The notes below the pieces were generated by a model. It saw only the letters and a program-made list of their open reading frames with translations, was not told the origin of the DNA and searched no databases. Below, piece by piece: positions 9,512-23,729 of a stretch of 64,000 bases of DNA. The stretch is taken from contig CAWJVN010000008.1 of the NCBI GenBank assembly GCA_963846365.1, positions 120,072 through 184,071 of the forward strand, read 5' to 3'. The DNA comes from an uncultured Chloroflexia bacterium (GTDB taxonomy: Bacteria > Chloroflexota > Dormibacteria > Aeolococcales > Aeolococcaceae). Position numbers and translations under genes: made by a program. The first letter of the stretch is position 1, and each line of letters starts with the position of its first letter.

Positions 9512-10288
9512 ATGGCACAAGCGCTCCGCCGGGAGCTGACCATCCCCACGCCCCCGTCCTTCGCGTCGGTCGAGGACGAGCGCCTGCATCGCAAGCAGCG
9601 GCTCGCCGCGGCCTTCCGGATGTTCTCGAAGTGCGGCTTCGACGAGGGGGTGGCGGGACACATCACGGCTCGCGATCCGGAGCTGACCGATCACTTCTGG
9701 GTGAATCCCTTCGGGATGCACTTCGGCCAGATCAGGGTCTCCGACCTGCTCCTCGTCAACGACAGGGGCGAGGTGGTCGAGGGTGGCCGGGCGGTCAACG
9801 CCGCCGCCTTCGCGATCCACTCCCAGGTCCACAGGGCCCGCCCCGACGTGATCGCCGCCGCCCATGCCCACTCCCTGTACGGGAAGTCGTGGTCGTCGCT
9901 GGGCCGGCTGCTCGACCCCATCACCCAGGACGCCTGCGCCTTCTACGGCGATCATGCCCTCTTCGACGACTACACCGGCGTGGTCCTCGACCTCGAGGAG
10001 GGGCGGCGGATCAGCACCGCGCTGGGGAGCCGCAAGGCGGTGATCCTGCGCAACCACGGGCTGCTCACCGTCGGCCAGTCGGTGGACGAGGCGGCCTGGT
10101 GGTTCCTCACCATGGAGCGCTCCTGCCAGGCCCAGCTGCTCGCCGAGGCGGCGGGGTCGCCGGTGCTCATCGACGAGGCCTCCGCCGAGCTGACCGCCTC
10201 GCAGGTGGGGTCGCGGATCGCGGGGTGGTTCTCGTTCCAGCCGATCTGGGACCGCATCACCCGCGAGCAACCCGACCTCTTCGAGTAA
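9512..10288 (+). CDS. Class II aldolase/adducin family protein
   Basis: EGVAGHITARDP, FWVNPFG, AFAIHSQVH, AAAHAHS, ILRNHGLLTVG; GGAGG SD. Confidence 0.9.
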   Translation: MAQALRRELTIPTPPSFASVEDERLHRKQRLAAAFRMFSKCGFDEGVAGHITARDPELTDHFWVNPFGMHFGQIRVSDLLLVNDRGEVVEGGRAVNAAAFAIHSQVHRARPDVIAAAHAHSLYGKSWSSLGRLLDPITQDACAFYGDHALFDDYTGVVLDLEEGRRISTALGSRKAVILRNHGLLTVGQSVDEAAWWFLTMERSCQAQLLAEAAGSPVLIDEASAELTASQVGSRIAGWFSFQPIWDRITREQPDLFE

Positions 10289-10617
10289 TGCCCCTCGCCA
10301 GGGAGCACTGCGAGGCCTGCACCGGCTCGACCCCGACCGTGACCGGGCCCGAGCTCCAGGAGCTGTACGGGCAGCTCTCCTCGGAGTGGGAGGTCGACGG
10401 CGAGGTCCGGCTGCGGCGGCGGCTGCGCTTCCGTGACTTCGCCGCCGCCTTCGCCACCGCCACCCGGGTGGCGCTCATCGCCGAGGGCGAGGGGCACCAC
10501 CCCGACATGGCGGTGGGCTGGGGCCGGCTGGAGATCGAGCTCACCACCCACGCGGTGAAGGGGCTCACGCGCAACGACTTCATCCTGGCCGCCAAGGTGG
10601 ACGCCGCCCTGGCCTGA
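10288..10617 (+). CDS. phhB: Pterin-4a-carbinolamine dehydratase
   Basis: LAREHCEAC, AEGEGHHPD, TTHAVKGLTRNDFILAAKVD; TAATG overlap with upstream stop. Confidence 0.9.
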   Translation: MPLAREHCEACTGSTPTVTGPELQELYGQLSSEWEVDGEVRLRRRLRFRDFAAAFATATRVALIAEGEGHHPDMAVGWGRLEIELTTHAVKGLTRNDFILAAKVDAALA

Positions 10618-10648
10618 CGCGGCCCGCGGGTGCGCTACATTGCGCCCC

Positions 10649-10914
10649 GTGATCGAGCGTCTCGAGGCCTCGCCGGCGCCGGAGCAGACGCTGCGCGCCG
10701 CCGGTCTGCATCCCTCGCCGTGGTCGGCCGGGGGGGAGCGGTGTTCGGTCGTCACCGCCATCCCCGTCCCAAGCGCCTCTTCGTGGTCGAGGGGACGCTC
10801 AGCTTCGACGGCCTGCCGCTGGCCACCGGCGAGGGCATCCGCATCCCCGCCGGGGTCGAGCACTCGGCGGTGGCCGGCGACGGCGGGGTGCGCTGCGTCG
10901 AGGCCTTCGAGTGA
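10649..10914 (+). pseudogene. Small cupin protein interrupted by an apparent frameshift in a G7 run
   Basis: N-part IERLEAS..HPSPWSA in one frame; C-part GAVFGRHRHP..LFVVEGTLSF..GEGIRIPAGVEHSA in another; junction is G7 at 10730-10736. Confidence 0.65.
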
Positions 10915-10933
10915 GCTCAGGGGAGGGCCGGCC

Positions 10934-11398
10934 ATGACCACCGATCCGCCGCCGCAGATCACCCCGAAGCATGCGGCCATGGATGCGGCGGTGCGCGCCG
11001 CCCCGGGTCTCCACCAGCCACGGCTGGAGCTGTCGAAGCACCACCGTGGCAGCGGCATCCTCGACCGCATCGCCAGCCTGGTCAACACGATCGTCGGCTC
11101 GATGTACGTGTTCGTCGGGGTCACCGTCGGCATCGTGGTGTGGCTCTTCGCAGGCAACATCGTCGGCTTCGACAAGACCCCCTGGCCGCTGCTGCTCACC
11201 ATCCTCAACCTGCCCCAGCTGTCGATCATGATCTCGCTGCAGGTGAGCGCCAACCTGGCCCAGCGCACCGCCGACGCCCGTGCCCTCGCCGACCACCAGA
11301 CCCTGATCGCGCTCCACGAGCTGAGCACGCAGCAGCTCGGCATCCTCGAGGGTCAGAACCAGGTGCTCGAGCTGCTGCGCGAGCACGTCCCCTCCTGA
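10934..11398 (+). CDS. DUF1003-like membrane protein
   Basis: DRIA..VGSMY..FDKTPWPLLLTILNLPQL..IMISLQ; GGGAGG SD. Confidence 0.75.
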   Translation: MTTDPPPQITPKHAAMDAAVRAAPGLHQPRLELSKHHRGSGILDRIASLVNTIVGSMYVFVGVTVGIVVWLFAGNIVGFDKTPWPLLLTILNLPQLSIMISLQVSANLAQRTADARALADHQTLIALHELSTQQLGILEGQNQVLELLREHVPS

Positions 11399-11409
11399 GC
11401 GGCCCGGAA

Positions 11410-12144
11410 TCACGGGGTGCGGCGGCGCAGCGTCAGCGCGCCGAGCAGCAGGGCGAGCAGGGCGCAGCCGCCGACGACGGCGATGTCGCGGACCAGCCCG
11501 CCGGTGACCGCCGCCGACGAGGTCACCAGCCGCATCGCGTCCACCGCGTAGGAGAGCGGCAGCAGGTCGGAGATGCGGGTCAGCACCGGCGCCATCTCCT
11601 GGCGGGGGATGAAGAGACCGCAGAGCAGCACCTGGGGCAGCGCGAAGAGCGGCATGAACTGCACCGCCTGGAACTCGGTGCGCGCGAACGCGCTGACCAG
11701 CAGCCCCAGGGCCATCCCGAGCAGGGCGTCGAGCACCGCCACCGTGAGCATCAGCGCCACCGATCCGCTGACGGCGAGGCCGAGCCAGGTCAGCGACACC
11801 GCCGCCACCACCGCCACCTGCACCACCGCGAAGACCCCGAAGGCGAGGGCGTGGCCGAGCAGCAGGTCAAGCCGGTTCAGCGGCATCGTCATCAGCCGCT
11901 CGAGCGTGCCGGTGGTGCGCTCGCGGAGGGTGCCGACCGATGCGATGAGAAACATCACGATGAAGGGGAAGATGCCGAGCAGCGACGGCGCCACCCCCTG
12001 GAAGGCTCGGGGCGCGTCGAGCACGTAGCGGAGCAGCACCACCAGCAGGGTGGGGAGCAGGGTCGTCATCGCCACCGTCCGCGGGTCGTGGCGCAGCTGA
12101 CCGAGGACGCGTCGGGTCGTGGCGAGGGTGATCGCGAGGTTCAC
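11410..12144 (-). CDS. ABC-2 type transporter permease
   Basis: QLRHDPRT, LRERTTGTLERL, ARTEFQAVQFMP, PLSYAVDA; GTGA overlap with the ATPase stop. Confidence 0.9.
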   Translation of the reverse strand: MNLAITLATTRRVLGQLRHDPRTVAMTTLLPTLLVVLLRYVLDAPRAFQGVAPSLLGIFPFIVMFLIASVGTLRERTTGTLERLMTMPLNRLDLLLGHALAFGVFAVVQVAVVAAVSLTWLGLAVSGSVALMLTVAVLDALLGMALGLLVSAFARTEFQAVQFMPLFALPQVLLCGLFIPRQEMAPVLTRISDLLPLSYAVDAMRLVTSSAAVTGGLVRDIAVVGGCALLALLLGALTLRRRTP

Positions 12145-12884
12145 GACCGCACCGCGGCCGGGTCCGCGCCACCCCGCACCAGGCGGAGGAACGCCTGCTC
12201 GAGGTCGGCGGCGCCGGTGCGCCGCAGCAGCGCCTCGGGGGTGTCGTCGGCGAGGATGCGGCCCTCGCGCATCAGCAGCAGGCGCTGGCAGCGCGCCGCC
12301 TCGTCCATCGCGTGCGAGGAGATCAGGATGGTGACCCCGCTGCGGTCGCGGAGGTCGTGGAACAGGTCCCACAGCTCCTCGCGCAGCACCGGGTCGAGGC
12401 CGACGGTGGGCTCGTCGAGGACCAGCAGCTCGGGGCGGCCGAGCAGGGCCACGGCGAGGCTGGCGCGCGACAGCTGGCCGCCGGAGAGCCGGGACACGAG
12501 CTGGTCGCGCTGCCCGGAGAGGCCGACCTCCTCGGTCACCCGGGCGGGATCGTCGCCGGGGGCGCCCAGGACCGCGGCGAAGTAGCGGAGGTTCTGGGCC
12601 ACGGTGAGGTCGGAGTAGAGCGCCGGCGCCTGGGTTGCGTAGCCGATCCGGCGTCGCAGCGGCGGGCTGCCCGCGGGCAGCCCGAGCACGGTCACGCTGC
12701 CGCCGGCGATCAGCTGGACGCCGACCACGGCCCGGAGCAGGGTGGTCTTGCCGCAGCCGCTGGGCCCGAGCAGGCCGGTGACGGTGCCCCGGGGCACGGC
12801 GAGGCTCAGCCCGGGCAGCACCTCACGGCCGCCGCGCACCACCCGCAGCCGCTCGGCCACGACCGCCGCCGGGGACGAATTCAT
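12141..12884 (-). CDS. ABC transporter ATP-binding protein
   Basis: Walker A GPSGCGKTT, LSGGQ, LVLDEPTVGLD, SSH. Confidence 0.95.
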   Translation of the reverse strand: MNSSPAAVVAERLRVVRGGREVLPGLSLAVPRGTVTGLLGPSGCGKTTLLRAVVGVQLIAGGSVTVLGLPAGSPPLRRRIGYATQAPALYSDLTVAQNLRYFAAVLGAPGDDPARVTEEVGLSGQRDQLVSRLSGGQLSRASLAVALLGRPELLVLDEPTVGLDPVLREELWDLFHDLRDRSGVTILISSHAMDEAARCQRLLLMREGRILADDTPEALLRRTGAADLEQAFLRLVRGGADPAAVRS

Positions 12885-12960
12885 CGCACGATGAATGTAC
12901 TCGGGATCACGCCCCGCAACTCGCTGGGGCCGGCGCGCCGGCCGGGACGGCGGCCGGCGG

Positions 12961-14799
<1,839 letters not shown>

Positions 14800-14879
14800 C
14801 GCCGCATCGTACAGGGGTTGGCCGAACCGCACCGGGCGGCGGGCTGCCCGCCGCCCCGGTGGTCCGTGACACTGGCTGG

Positions 14880-16358
14880 TTACTGGCCCTTGGGACGCTC
14901 GGTCAGGGTCGCCTGCAGCTTCATCGTGTCGTTCCCGCGGCGCACCGTGAAGGCCACCGAGTTGCCCACGTGATACTGCTGGATCAGACCGCCGAGGGTC
15001 TGGCCGTTGTCGATGGTGGTGCCGTTCACCGCCATCAGCACGTCGCCGGTGTGGAAGCCCGCGCTCGCGGCGGGGGTGCCGTCGACCACCTTGGTGACCA
15101 GCACCCCGGGCCCGGTGTACGGCTGCCCGCTCTCGGTGGCGTCGATCGCGGTGAGGTAGGAGATCCCCAGGAAGGGATGCTTCACCGCCTGGTGCGCGAT
15201 CAGCGACTGGGCCACGTTCTGGGCGACGTCGCTGGGGATGCTGAAGCCGATCCGGCTGGTGTTCCCGGCGACGGCGACGTTGATGCCGATGATCCGCCCC
15301 TGCATGTCGGCGAGCGGGCCGCCGCTGTTGCCGGGGTTGATGGAGGCGTCGGTCTGGAGCACGTCCTGGAGGGTCTCGGCGGACGTCGAGGTGCCCGAGC
15401 CGGCCTGGATGGTGCGGTGGAGGGCGCTGACCACGCCGACGGTGACCGAGCCGTCGTTGCCCAGCGGGCTGCCGATGGCGACCACCTGCTGGCCCACCTT
15501 GAGGTCGGCCGACTTGCCGAAGACCGCCTGCGGCAGGCTGGTGTCGGGCACCGAGATCACCGCCAGGTCGTCGAAGGCGTCGGTGCCGACCATGGTGGCC
15601 TTGAGGTTCTTGCCGCCGGGCATCACCAGGTCGAGTGACTTGGCGCCGTCGACGACGTGGTTGTTGGTGATCAGGAAGCTGCTGGTGCTGTCGTGGGCGA
15701 TCACCACGCCGCTGCCCAGGGCCGCGCTGCCGGTGGTGGCGGTGGTCTGCTTGGCGATGATCGTGCCCACCGCGGGCCCGAGGCTCTGGGCGACCCGCAC
15801 CGCGTCACCGCCGCCGCCGCTGGCGGTGGAGGGCTGGTCGTTGACCAGGATGTTCGCGGTGCGCGAGGTGGTGTCGTTGTGGGCGAAGCCGGCGCCCACC
15901 AGCGCCCCGGCGATGACCCCGACGGCGAGCATCAGGGCACCGACCACGAGCACGGGGCGTCGGGACCCGCCGCCGGACACCGATGCGCCCCCTCCGGGAG
16001 GGGGCGGGTTGCCCCACCCGGCCGGCAGGGCGGGAGCCGACCATCCCGGCGTGGCGCCGCCGGGGACGGGCGGCCCTGCCGGGGGCGGGGCCATGGGACC
16101 AGGGGGCGGGGGAGGGGGCACCGCCGCGGCCGGCGGGGGCGCCGCCGGCCACGGCGGCATGGATGGGGGCGTGGAAGGGTGCACCCCCGCAGCCGGAGGG
16201 GTAGCAGCCGGCTGCGGGGGAGGGGGGGGCGGAGGAGGTGCCGAGGACGATCCCCAGCTCCAGGCGGCGGCCGAGGATCCCGGGTCGGTCCCCGGCGTCG
16301 TGCCGGAGGACTGCTCGGGTGGGGCCGGCTGGCCGGGCGGGGTCTGGTCGTCCGTCAT
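14880..16358 (-). CDS. htrA: HtrA/DegP-family serine protease with PDZ, membrane anchor and Pro-rich N-terminus
   Basis: GSGV, ITNNHVV, DLAV, QTDASINPGNSGGPL, C-terminal PDZ (GTPAASAG..GDV). Confidence 0.92.
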   Translation of the reverse strand: MTDDQTPPGQPAPPEQSSGTTPGTDPGSSAAAWSWGSSSAPPPPPPPPQPAATPPAAGVHPSTPPSMPPWPAAPPPAAAVPPPPPPGPMAPPPAGPPVPGGATPGWSAPALPAGWGNPPPPGGGASVSGGGSRRPVLVVGALMLAVGVIAGALVGAGFAHNDTTSRTANILVNDQPSTASGGGGDAVRVAQSLGPAVGTIIAKQTTATTGSAALGSGVVIAHDSTSSFLITNNHVVDGAKSLDLVMPGGKNLKATMVGTDAFDDLAVISVPDTSLPQAVFGKSADLKVGQQVVAIGSPLGNDGSVTVGVVSALHRTIQAGSGTSTSAETLQDVLQTDASINPGNSGGPLADMQGRIIGINVAVAGNTSRIGFSIPSDVAQNVAQSLIAHQAVKHPFLGISYLTAIDATESGQPYTGPGVLVTKVVDGTPAASAGFHTGDVLMAVNGTTIDNGQTLGGLIQQYHVGNSVAFTVRRGNDTMKLQATLTERPKGQ

Positions 16359-16517
16359 GGAGAGATCCTGGTTGGCGCGAATCCGGTCGCGCTGGCCGGG
16401 TGGGCGGCCTGCGGGCCGAGGTCCATCACCGCTGCGGAGCCTACCGATGCACGATAACCCGCCCGTAAACATGCGTGCCGCCCGGATGGCGCGCACCCCC
16501 CGCACCGGAGGAGAACC

Positions 16518-17510
16518 CTGCCGCGCCTGGTCTGCGCCCTCGGCCCCGACACCGCGGGCGACCTGCTCGCCGGCCTCATCGGCGGGGCCCGCGGCGGCCT
16601 CGACCTCGCCGTCTACGAGGCCGGCCCGTCCTACGCCGGGCTGATCTCGGCCGCCGCAGGGGCCGGGGCGGCGGTGCGCCTGCTCCTCGACGGCCACGCC
16701 GGCGCCAACGCCACCACCGTCCGCCGGCTCGCCGGCAGCGGCGTCGCGGTGCGGGTCTGGCCGCACCGGCCCGGCGCCGAGGCCCACTGGAAGCTGCTCC
16801 GCGCCGGCACCGCCACCGTCGCGGTGGGCAGCGGCAACCTCATCTCCCGCGACGCCCCCCACCCGGGGGGCCGGCCCGGGACCCGGGAGTGGTGGCTGGC
16901 CGTCGACGGCGCCCCCGGGCTCGCCGCCCGCGCCGGCGCCGCCATCGACGCGGCCTGGGCCGCCGCCGGGCCCCCGCCGTCCGCCTGGAGCGGCCCCGCC
17001 ACCGCGGCCGCGCCCCCGGTGGGCGTGCCCCGTCCCCCCGTCGCCGTGCTCGAGCTCGCCGTCGCCGAGACCGCGCTGGAGCTGGCCACCGGGGGCGCCG
17101 CGGTGGCCGCGCTGCTCGGCCGCCGGCTCGCCGGGGCCGGCGCCCGGGCGCTCTGCACCGTCCCCTACGCCCATCCCCGTGTCCGCGCCGTCGGCGGGCT
17201 GCTCGACGCCCTCGCCGCCGCCGCCGGCCGGGGCGCCGACGTCCGCCTCCTCCTCGGGGCCGTCCCCGAGCCCACCGACCTCGCCGGGCTGCGTGCTCGC
17301 GGCCTCGAGGTGCGGGTGATGGACCCGTCACGCTCCACCACCGGCCACGCCAAGGGCGCGGTCGTCGACGGGGTGGTGGTGGCAGGCTCGGCGAACTGGA
17401 GCGCGGCCGGCCTCGGCGCCAACCTCGAGGCCGCGCTCGCCGTCGACCATCCCGCCGCCGCCGGCTATTACGCCGCCGCGTTCGAGCGGGACTGGGCTGC
17501 GTCGGGCTGA
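16518..17510 (+). CDS. Phospholipase D family protein (two HKD-type domains); start uncertain, CTG proposed
   Basis: LDLAVYE, VRLLLD, HWK...GSGNL and HAKGAVVD...GSANWS...NLE. The frame is open back to a stop at 16455 with no ATG/GTG/TTG before 16674. Confidence 0.75.
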   Translation: MPRLVCALGPDTAGDLLAGLIGGARGGLDLAVYEAGPSYAGLISAAAGAGAAVRLLLDGHAGANATTVRRLAGSGVAVRVWPHRPGAEAHWKLLRAGTATVAVGSGNLISRDAPHPGGRPGTREWWLAVDGAPGLAARAGAAIDAAWAAAGPPPSAWSGPATAAAPPVGVPRPPVAVLELAVAETALELATGGAAVAALLGRRLAGAGARALCTVPYAHPRVRAVGGLLDALAAAAGRGADVRLLLGAVPEPTDLAGLRARGLEVRVMDPSRSTTGHAKGAVVDGVVVAGSANWSAAGLGANLEAALAVDHPAAAGYYAAAFERDWAASG

Positions 17511-17528
17511 TCCGCCCCGGGCGGCCGG

Positions 17529-18065
17529 TCAGCCGAGGAGGTGAACGACGCCGCTCACCAGGCTGTCGACCAGGCCGGACGGCGCGGGCGGGTCGGCGGG
17601 CGGGTGGGTGGCGGGCGGCGGGGCCTCCGCGGTGACCGGGGCGGTGCTCGCGACCAGCGCCGGCGGCGCCGCCGGGGTGACCGCACGGGCGCGGCGCGGC
17701 GCGGATCCGATGCCGGTCGACGCGGCGGTGACGTCGGGCGGCGGGGGCAGGATCTCGACCGGCGCCGGGGTGGGCGCGATGCCGGGGAAGTACGGGCTGC
17801 CGCCGCCGGGCACCGGGGCCGGCTCCGGCGCCGACGGGCTGAGCAGTGCCAGCGAGGGCTGCTGGCCGCCGGGGCCGGCGGAGAGGGGGAAGGAGGACAG
17901 GTTGAGGCCGATCAGCGCCCCCGTCGCCAGGGTGAGCGCGCCGACCGTGCTCCAGACCACCCGCAGCGCCTGGCGCTGGCGGATGCGGAGGTGCCGGGTG
18001 ACCTCGTCGAACTCGGACACGACGCCGTCGACGGATGCCTTCCAGTCCAAGTCCTGCTCGCTCAC
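17529..18065 (-). CDS. Hypothetical single-pass membrane protein with Pro/Ala-rich C-terminus
   Basis: GC-typical codons, one hydrophobic helix (VVWSTVGALTLATGALIGL), GGGAG upstream. Confidence 0.5.
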   Translation of the reverse strand: MSEQDLDWKASVDGVVSEFDEVTRHLRIRQRQALRVVWSTVGALTLATGALIGLNLSSFPLSAGPGGQQPSLALLSPSAPEPAPVPGGGSPYFPGIAPTPAPVEILPPPPDVTAASTGIGSAPRRARAVTPAAPPALVASTAPVTAEAPPPATHPPADPPAPSGLVDSLVSGVVHLLG

Positions 18066-18228
18066 ATCGTGCTCCCGCTGCCCCGGTGGTGGACCTCGCC
18101 AGAACATGGAGACGGGCCGGGGTTGCGACTTCTTGCGGGGGTCATCGGACCGCGACCCAGCCTTTACAAGGCTTCACAACTTTCACCGTCTGCGTGTCAC
18201 CGCCTGCGCTCACGCGCAGTCCCGCCGG

Positions 18229-18846
18229 CTACTTCCCCGGCGGCCGGTCCAGGGCCTTCAGCCGGACCATCGCGTAGCGGGCGAACTCCTCGTCGTCGGA
18301 GCCGACCGCGAACTGGAACGCCCGGCGGGCACCCTCGGTGTCGCCGATCGACTGGAGCAGCTGGGCCAGCTCCATCGCGGCCACCGGGCCGCCCACCGGG
18401 TCGCCGGAGTCGATGGTGATCTGGAAGGCGGCGCGGGCGCCGTCGGCGTCGCCCCGGTCGCGGAGCAGGCCGCCGAGGTTGAAGGCGGCCCGGGGCGCGT
18501 GCTCGGGGTCGCCGAAGTCGATCGCGATCCGGTAGGCGGCGAGGGCGCCGTCGGGGTCGTCGAGCTCGTGGAGGAGGACCCCGAGGTTGAAGGCGGCGGC
18601 CGCGGAGTGGCTGGGATGGCCGCACGCCACCGCCTTGCGGTAGGCGTCCTCGGCGCCGACGGCGTCGCCGTCCGCCTCGGCCAGCTGTCCCAGCGAGAAC
18701 AGGGCGATCACCAGGGCCTCGGGGTCCTGGGTGCGGGTGGCGGCGACGAAGGCCGCGCGCGCGCCCTCGAGATCGCCCTGCTCCTCGAGGGCCATCCCCT
18801 CGTCGAGCCGGCTCATGGCCACGTGATCGGGTTGTCCGGCTTCCAT
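18229..18846 (-). CDS. Tetratricopeptide repeat protein
   Basis: About five repeats of the AAFNLGxLL..GDxDGARAAF/Y pattern. Confidence 0.85.
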   Translation of the reverse strand: MEAGQPDHVAMSRLDEGMALEEQGDLEGARAAFVAATRTQDPEALVIALFSLGQLAEADGDAVGAEDAYRKAVACGHPSHSAAAAFNLGVLLHELDDPDGALAAYRIAIDFGDPEHAPRAAFNLGGLLRDRGDADGARAAFQITIDSGDPVGGPVAAMELAQLLQSIGDTEGARRAFQFAVGSDDEEFARYAMVRLKALDRPPGK

Positions 18847-19013
18847 CTCGATGCCCCGCCCGTGGTGTGCGATCTCGCCTGGTCGGGCGCCTATTGTGAC
18901 GCCCCGGCGGTGGAGCGGCCAGGCGCCACGCCCGGGCGGGTGGCCGGGCCGGTCCTCGCGGGTGAGGGCCGGGTACGCTAGGCCCCTCGAGGTTGAAGGA
19001 GATCTACCCGTCC

Positions 19014-21581
<2,568 letters not shown>

Positions 21582-21639
21582 CAGCGGGACCCGGCCCGGG
21601 GACCCTGCTGCGATCGGGTGGTGGACACGGAGGGAGGCG

Positions 21640-22440
21640 GTGATGGGACGGGTCCGACGCGCGAGTGCGCTGATCGCGCTGTCGCTGCTCCTGGTGGGCA
21701 CCGGCGGGCGGGTCCCGGCGGCCGCCGCCGGAGGGCTCGCCTACGCCGCCCTCGGGGACTCGTACGTGACCGGGAACGGAACGGGGAGCGAGGACGGCAC
21801 CAACTGCCGCCGCTCCGCCAACAGCTATCCCCAGGTCTTCGCGCGCTCCAGCGGCGGCCGCTACACCCTCACCGACTTCGCCGCCTGCACCGGCGCCACC
21901 ATCGGGAGCGTCGAGCAGTCCCAGCTCGCCGGGCTGGCGCCCGCGCAGCTGGTGAGCCTCACCGTCGGCGGCAACGACGCCCGCTTCGGCGAGATCGTGA
22001 TCCACTGCCTCCAGCCGGGCTCGGGCTGCCGCAGCGACTACCCCGACGAGGACCAGCGGATCAACTCCCTCGCCGGCCCGCTCCACCGCCTCTACGGCGA
22101 GGTCGTCGCCGGCGCCCCGGCTGCCCGGCTGCTGGTGGTCACCTATCCCCAGATCCTCCGCTCCGGGGGCACCTGCGCGTCGACCTGGACGCTCACCCGC
22201 GAGGACGTCGACTGGTTCCGCGCCGAGTGGTCACGGATGAACGCGGTGATCCGCCGCGCCGCCGAGGGGCTGGACCGCACCCAGGTCGTCGACGTCGAGA
22301 ACGCGTTCGCCGGCCACGAGCTGTGCACCGTCCAGGAGTGGGCCTTCGGCGGCCGCTGGCGCGACCCCTACAGCAGCTTCCACCCCAACGCGCTCGGCCA
22401 TGCCTCCGTCGCCTCCTCCCTCCGCGCCGCGACGGGCTGA
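21640..22440 (+). CDS. Secreted SGNH/GDSL hydrolase (Streptomyces lipase-like)
   Basis: Signal peptide, YAALGDSY, ACTGAT, TVGGND, FAGHELC, FHPNALGH. Confidence 0.9.
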   Translation: MMGRVRRASALIALSLLLVGTGGRVPAAAAGGLAYAALGDSYVTGNGTGSEDGTNCRRSANSYPQVFARSSGGRYTLTDFAACTGATIGSVEQSQLAGLAPAQLVSLTVGGNDARFGEIVIHCLQPGSGCRSDYPDEDQRINSLAGPLHRLYGEVVAGAPAARLLVVTYPQILRSGGTCASTWTLTREDVDWFRAEWSRMNAVIRRAAEGLDRTQVVDVENAFAGHELCTVQEWAFGGRWRDPYSSFHPNALGHASVASSLRAATG

Positions 22441-22466
22441 GGGGAGCCGCCGGTAGACTGGGCTCG

Positions 22467-23120
22467 ATGACGGAGGCTCTTCGCGACCTGGTCCAGCTGT
22501 CGATCGTCGTCGACCCCACCTACGACCAGAACTGCTACGTGCTGCGGCGCCGCGACACCGACGCGGTGCTGGTCCTCGACCCCGGCCTCCAGCATCCCCG
22601 GACCCTCGAGCTGCTGGAGAAGGACGGGCTGCGCTGCGAGCGCATCCTGCTCACCCACGGCCACCCCGACCACGTCAACGGGGTGCCCGCGGTGAAGGCG
22701 GCGCACGGCTGCGACGCCGCCATCCACGTCGAGGACCGGCCGCTGCTGGAGTGGGCCTCACGCCTCCCCGGCATTCCCGCCGACCTGCCGCCGGTGATCT
22801 GCGAGACCGACCTGGTTCCCGGCGAGACCCTGCGCTGGCAGGAGCTCGACGTCCGCGTGCTCCACACCCCGGGGCACACCCGCGGCTCCGTCTGCTTCCT
22901 GGTCGGCCCCGACCTGATCGCCGGCGACACCCTCTTCCAGCGCAGCGTCGGCCGCACCGACCTCCCGGGCGGCGACTGGGACACGCTGATGTTCTCGATC
23001 GAGAACACCATCTACGCGCTGCCCCCGGAGACCCGGGTCTACCCGGGGCACGGTCCCAGCACCACGGTGCGCGAGGAGATGCGCCACAACCCCTTCGTGG
23101 TGCACCCCCGCTACCGCTGA
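22467..23120 (+). CDS. MBL-fold metallo-hydrolase (glyoxalase II-like)
   Basis: QNCY, THGHPDHVNG, HTPGHTRG, GDTLF, GRTDLPGG, YPGHG. Confidence 0.92.
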   Translation: MTEALRDLVQLSIVVDPTYDQNCYVLRRRDTDAVLVLDPGLQHPRTLELLEKDGLRCERILLTHGHPDHVNGVPAVKAAHGCDAAIHVEDRPLLEWASRLPGIPADLPPVICETDLVPGETLRWQELDVRVLHTPGHTRGSVCFLVGPDLIAGDTLFQRSVGRTDLPGGDWDTLMFSIENTIYALPPETRVYPGHGPSTTVREEMRHNPFVVHPRYR

Positions 23121-23692
23121 GCGCCCACCTCGCGGGGTGCGCCCAGCCGTCCCAGGAGGTCGTGGAGGACCGCGGCGGTGGCCCCCCAGATCACCTGCCC
23201 GTGGGCCTCGTAGAAGTGCACCACCGCGTTCCCGTCCATCCCCGGGATGCGGCGGCTGGTGAGCGGCGCCTCGAGCAGATCGGCGATGGGGATGCGGAAC
23301 CAGGTCGCCACCTCGTACCCGTCGGCGACCGGCGTGAGCGGACGGCGCTGGAGGCCCACCACCGGGCAGAGGCTGCGCGCCGAGCCGCGGGTCTGCACCG
23401 TCGCCAGCAGCCCCAGGGGCTCGACCGCGTCGACGGGGACGGCCAGCTCCTCCCGCGCCTCGCGCAGCGCCGCGCCGACCACGCCGGCGTCGCCGGGGTC
23501 GATGCCGCCGCCGGGAAACGCGATCTGCCCGCGGTGGGTGCGCACCCGCCGGCTGCGGCGGATGAAGAGCAGCGGCAGCGCCGGGTCGGCCGGATCGACC
23601 AGCAGCAGCACCGCCGCGGTGACCTGGGGGGGAGGGGCCGCGCCCGGCGCCGGGACCGGGTCGACGGCGCCGCGCAGACGGTCCAGCAGCAT
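23111..23692 (-). CDS. Nudix CoA pyrophosphatase (NudL-like)
   Basis: AAVL, HRGQIAFPGG, AALREAREE, IWGATA. Confidence 0.9.
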   Translation of the reverse strand: MLLDRLRGAVDPVPAPGAAPPPQVTAAVLLLVDPADPALPLLFIRRSRRVRTHRGQIAFPGGGIDPGDAGVVGAALREAREELAVPVDAVEPLGLLATVQTRGSARSLCPVVGLQRRPLTPVADGYEVATWFRIPIADLLEAPLTSRRIPGMDGNAVVHFYEAHGQVIWGATAAVLHDLLGRLGAPREVGAQR

Positions 23693-23729
23693 CGGGGTCA
23701 GCGTACCCGCTGCCGGGCCGGGGGAACCT

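Noticed and set aside
15960-16340. G/C-rich runs in the htrA 5' region as a DNA repeat or G-quadruplex system
   Set aside because: Explained by the poly-Pro low-complexity N-terminus typical of membrane HtrA proteins.
18155-18200. AT-richer TTTAC/TTCAC repeats as an OmpR/PhoP box
   Set aside because: Spacing is irregular (9-10 bp) and the matches are too short to support a call.
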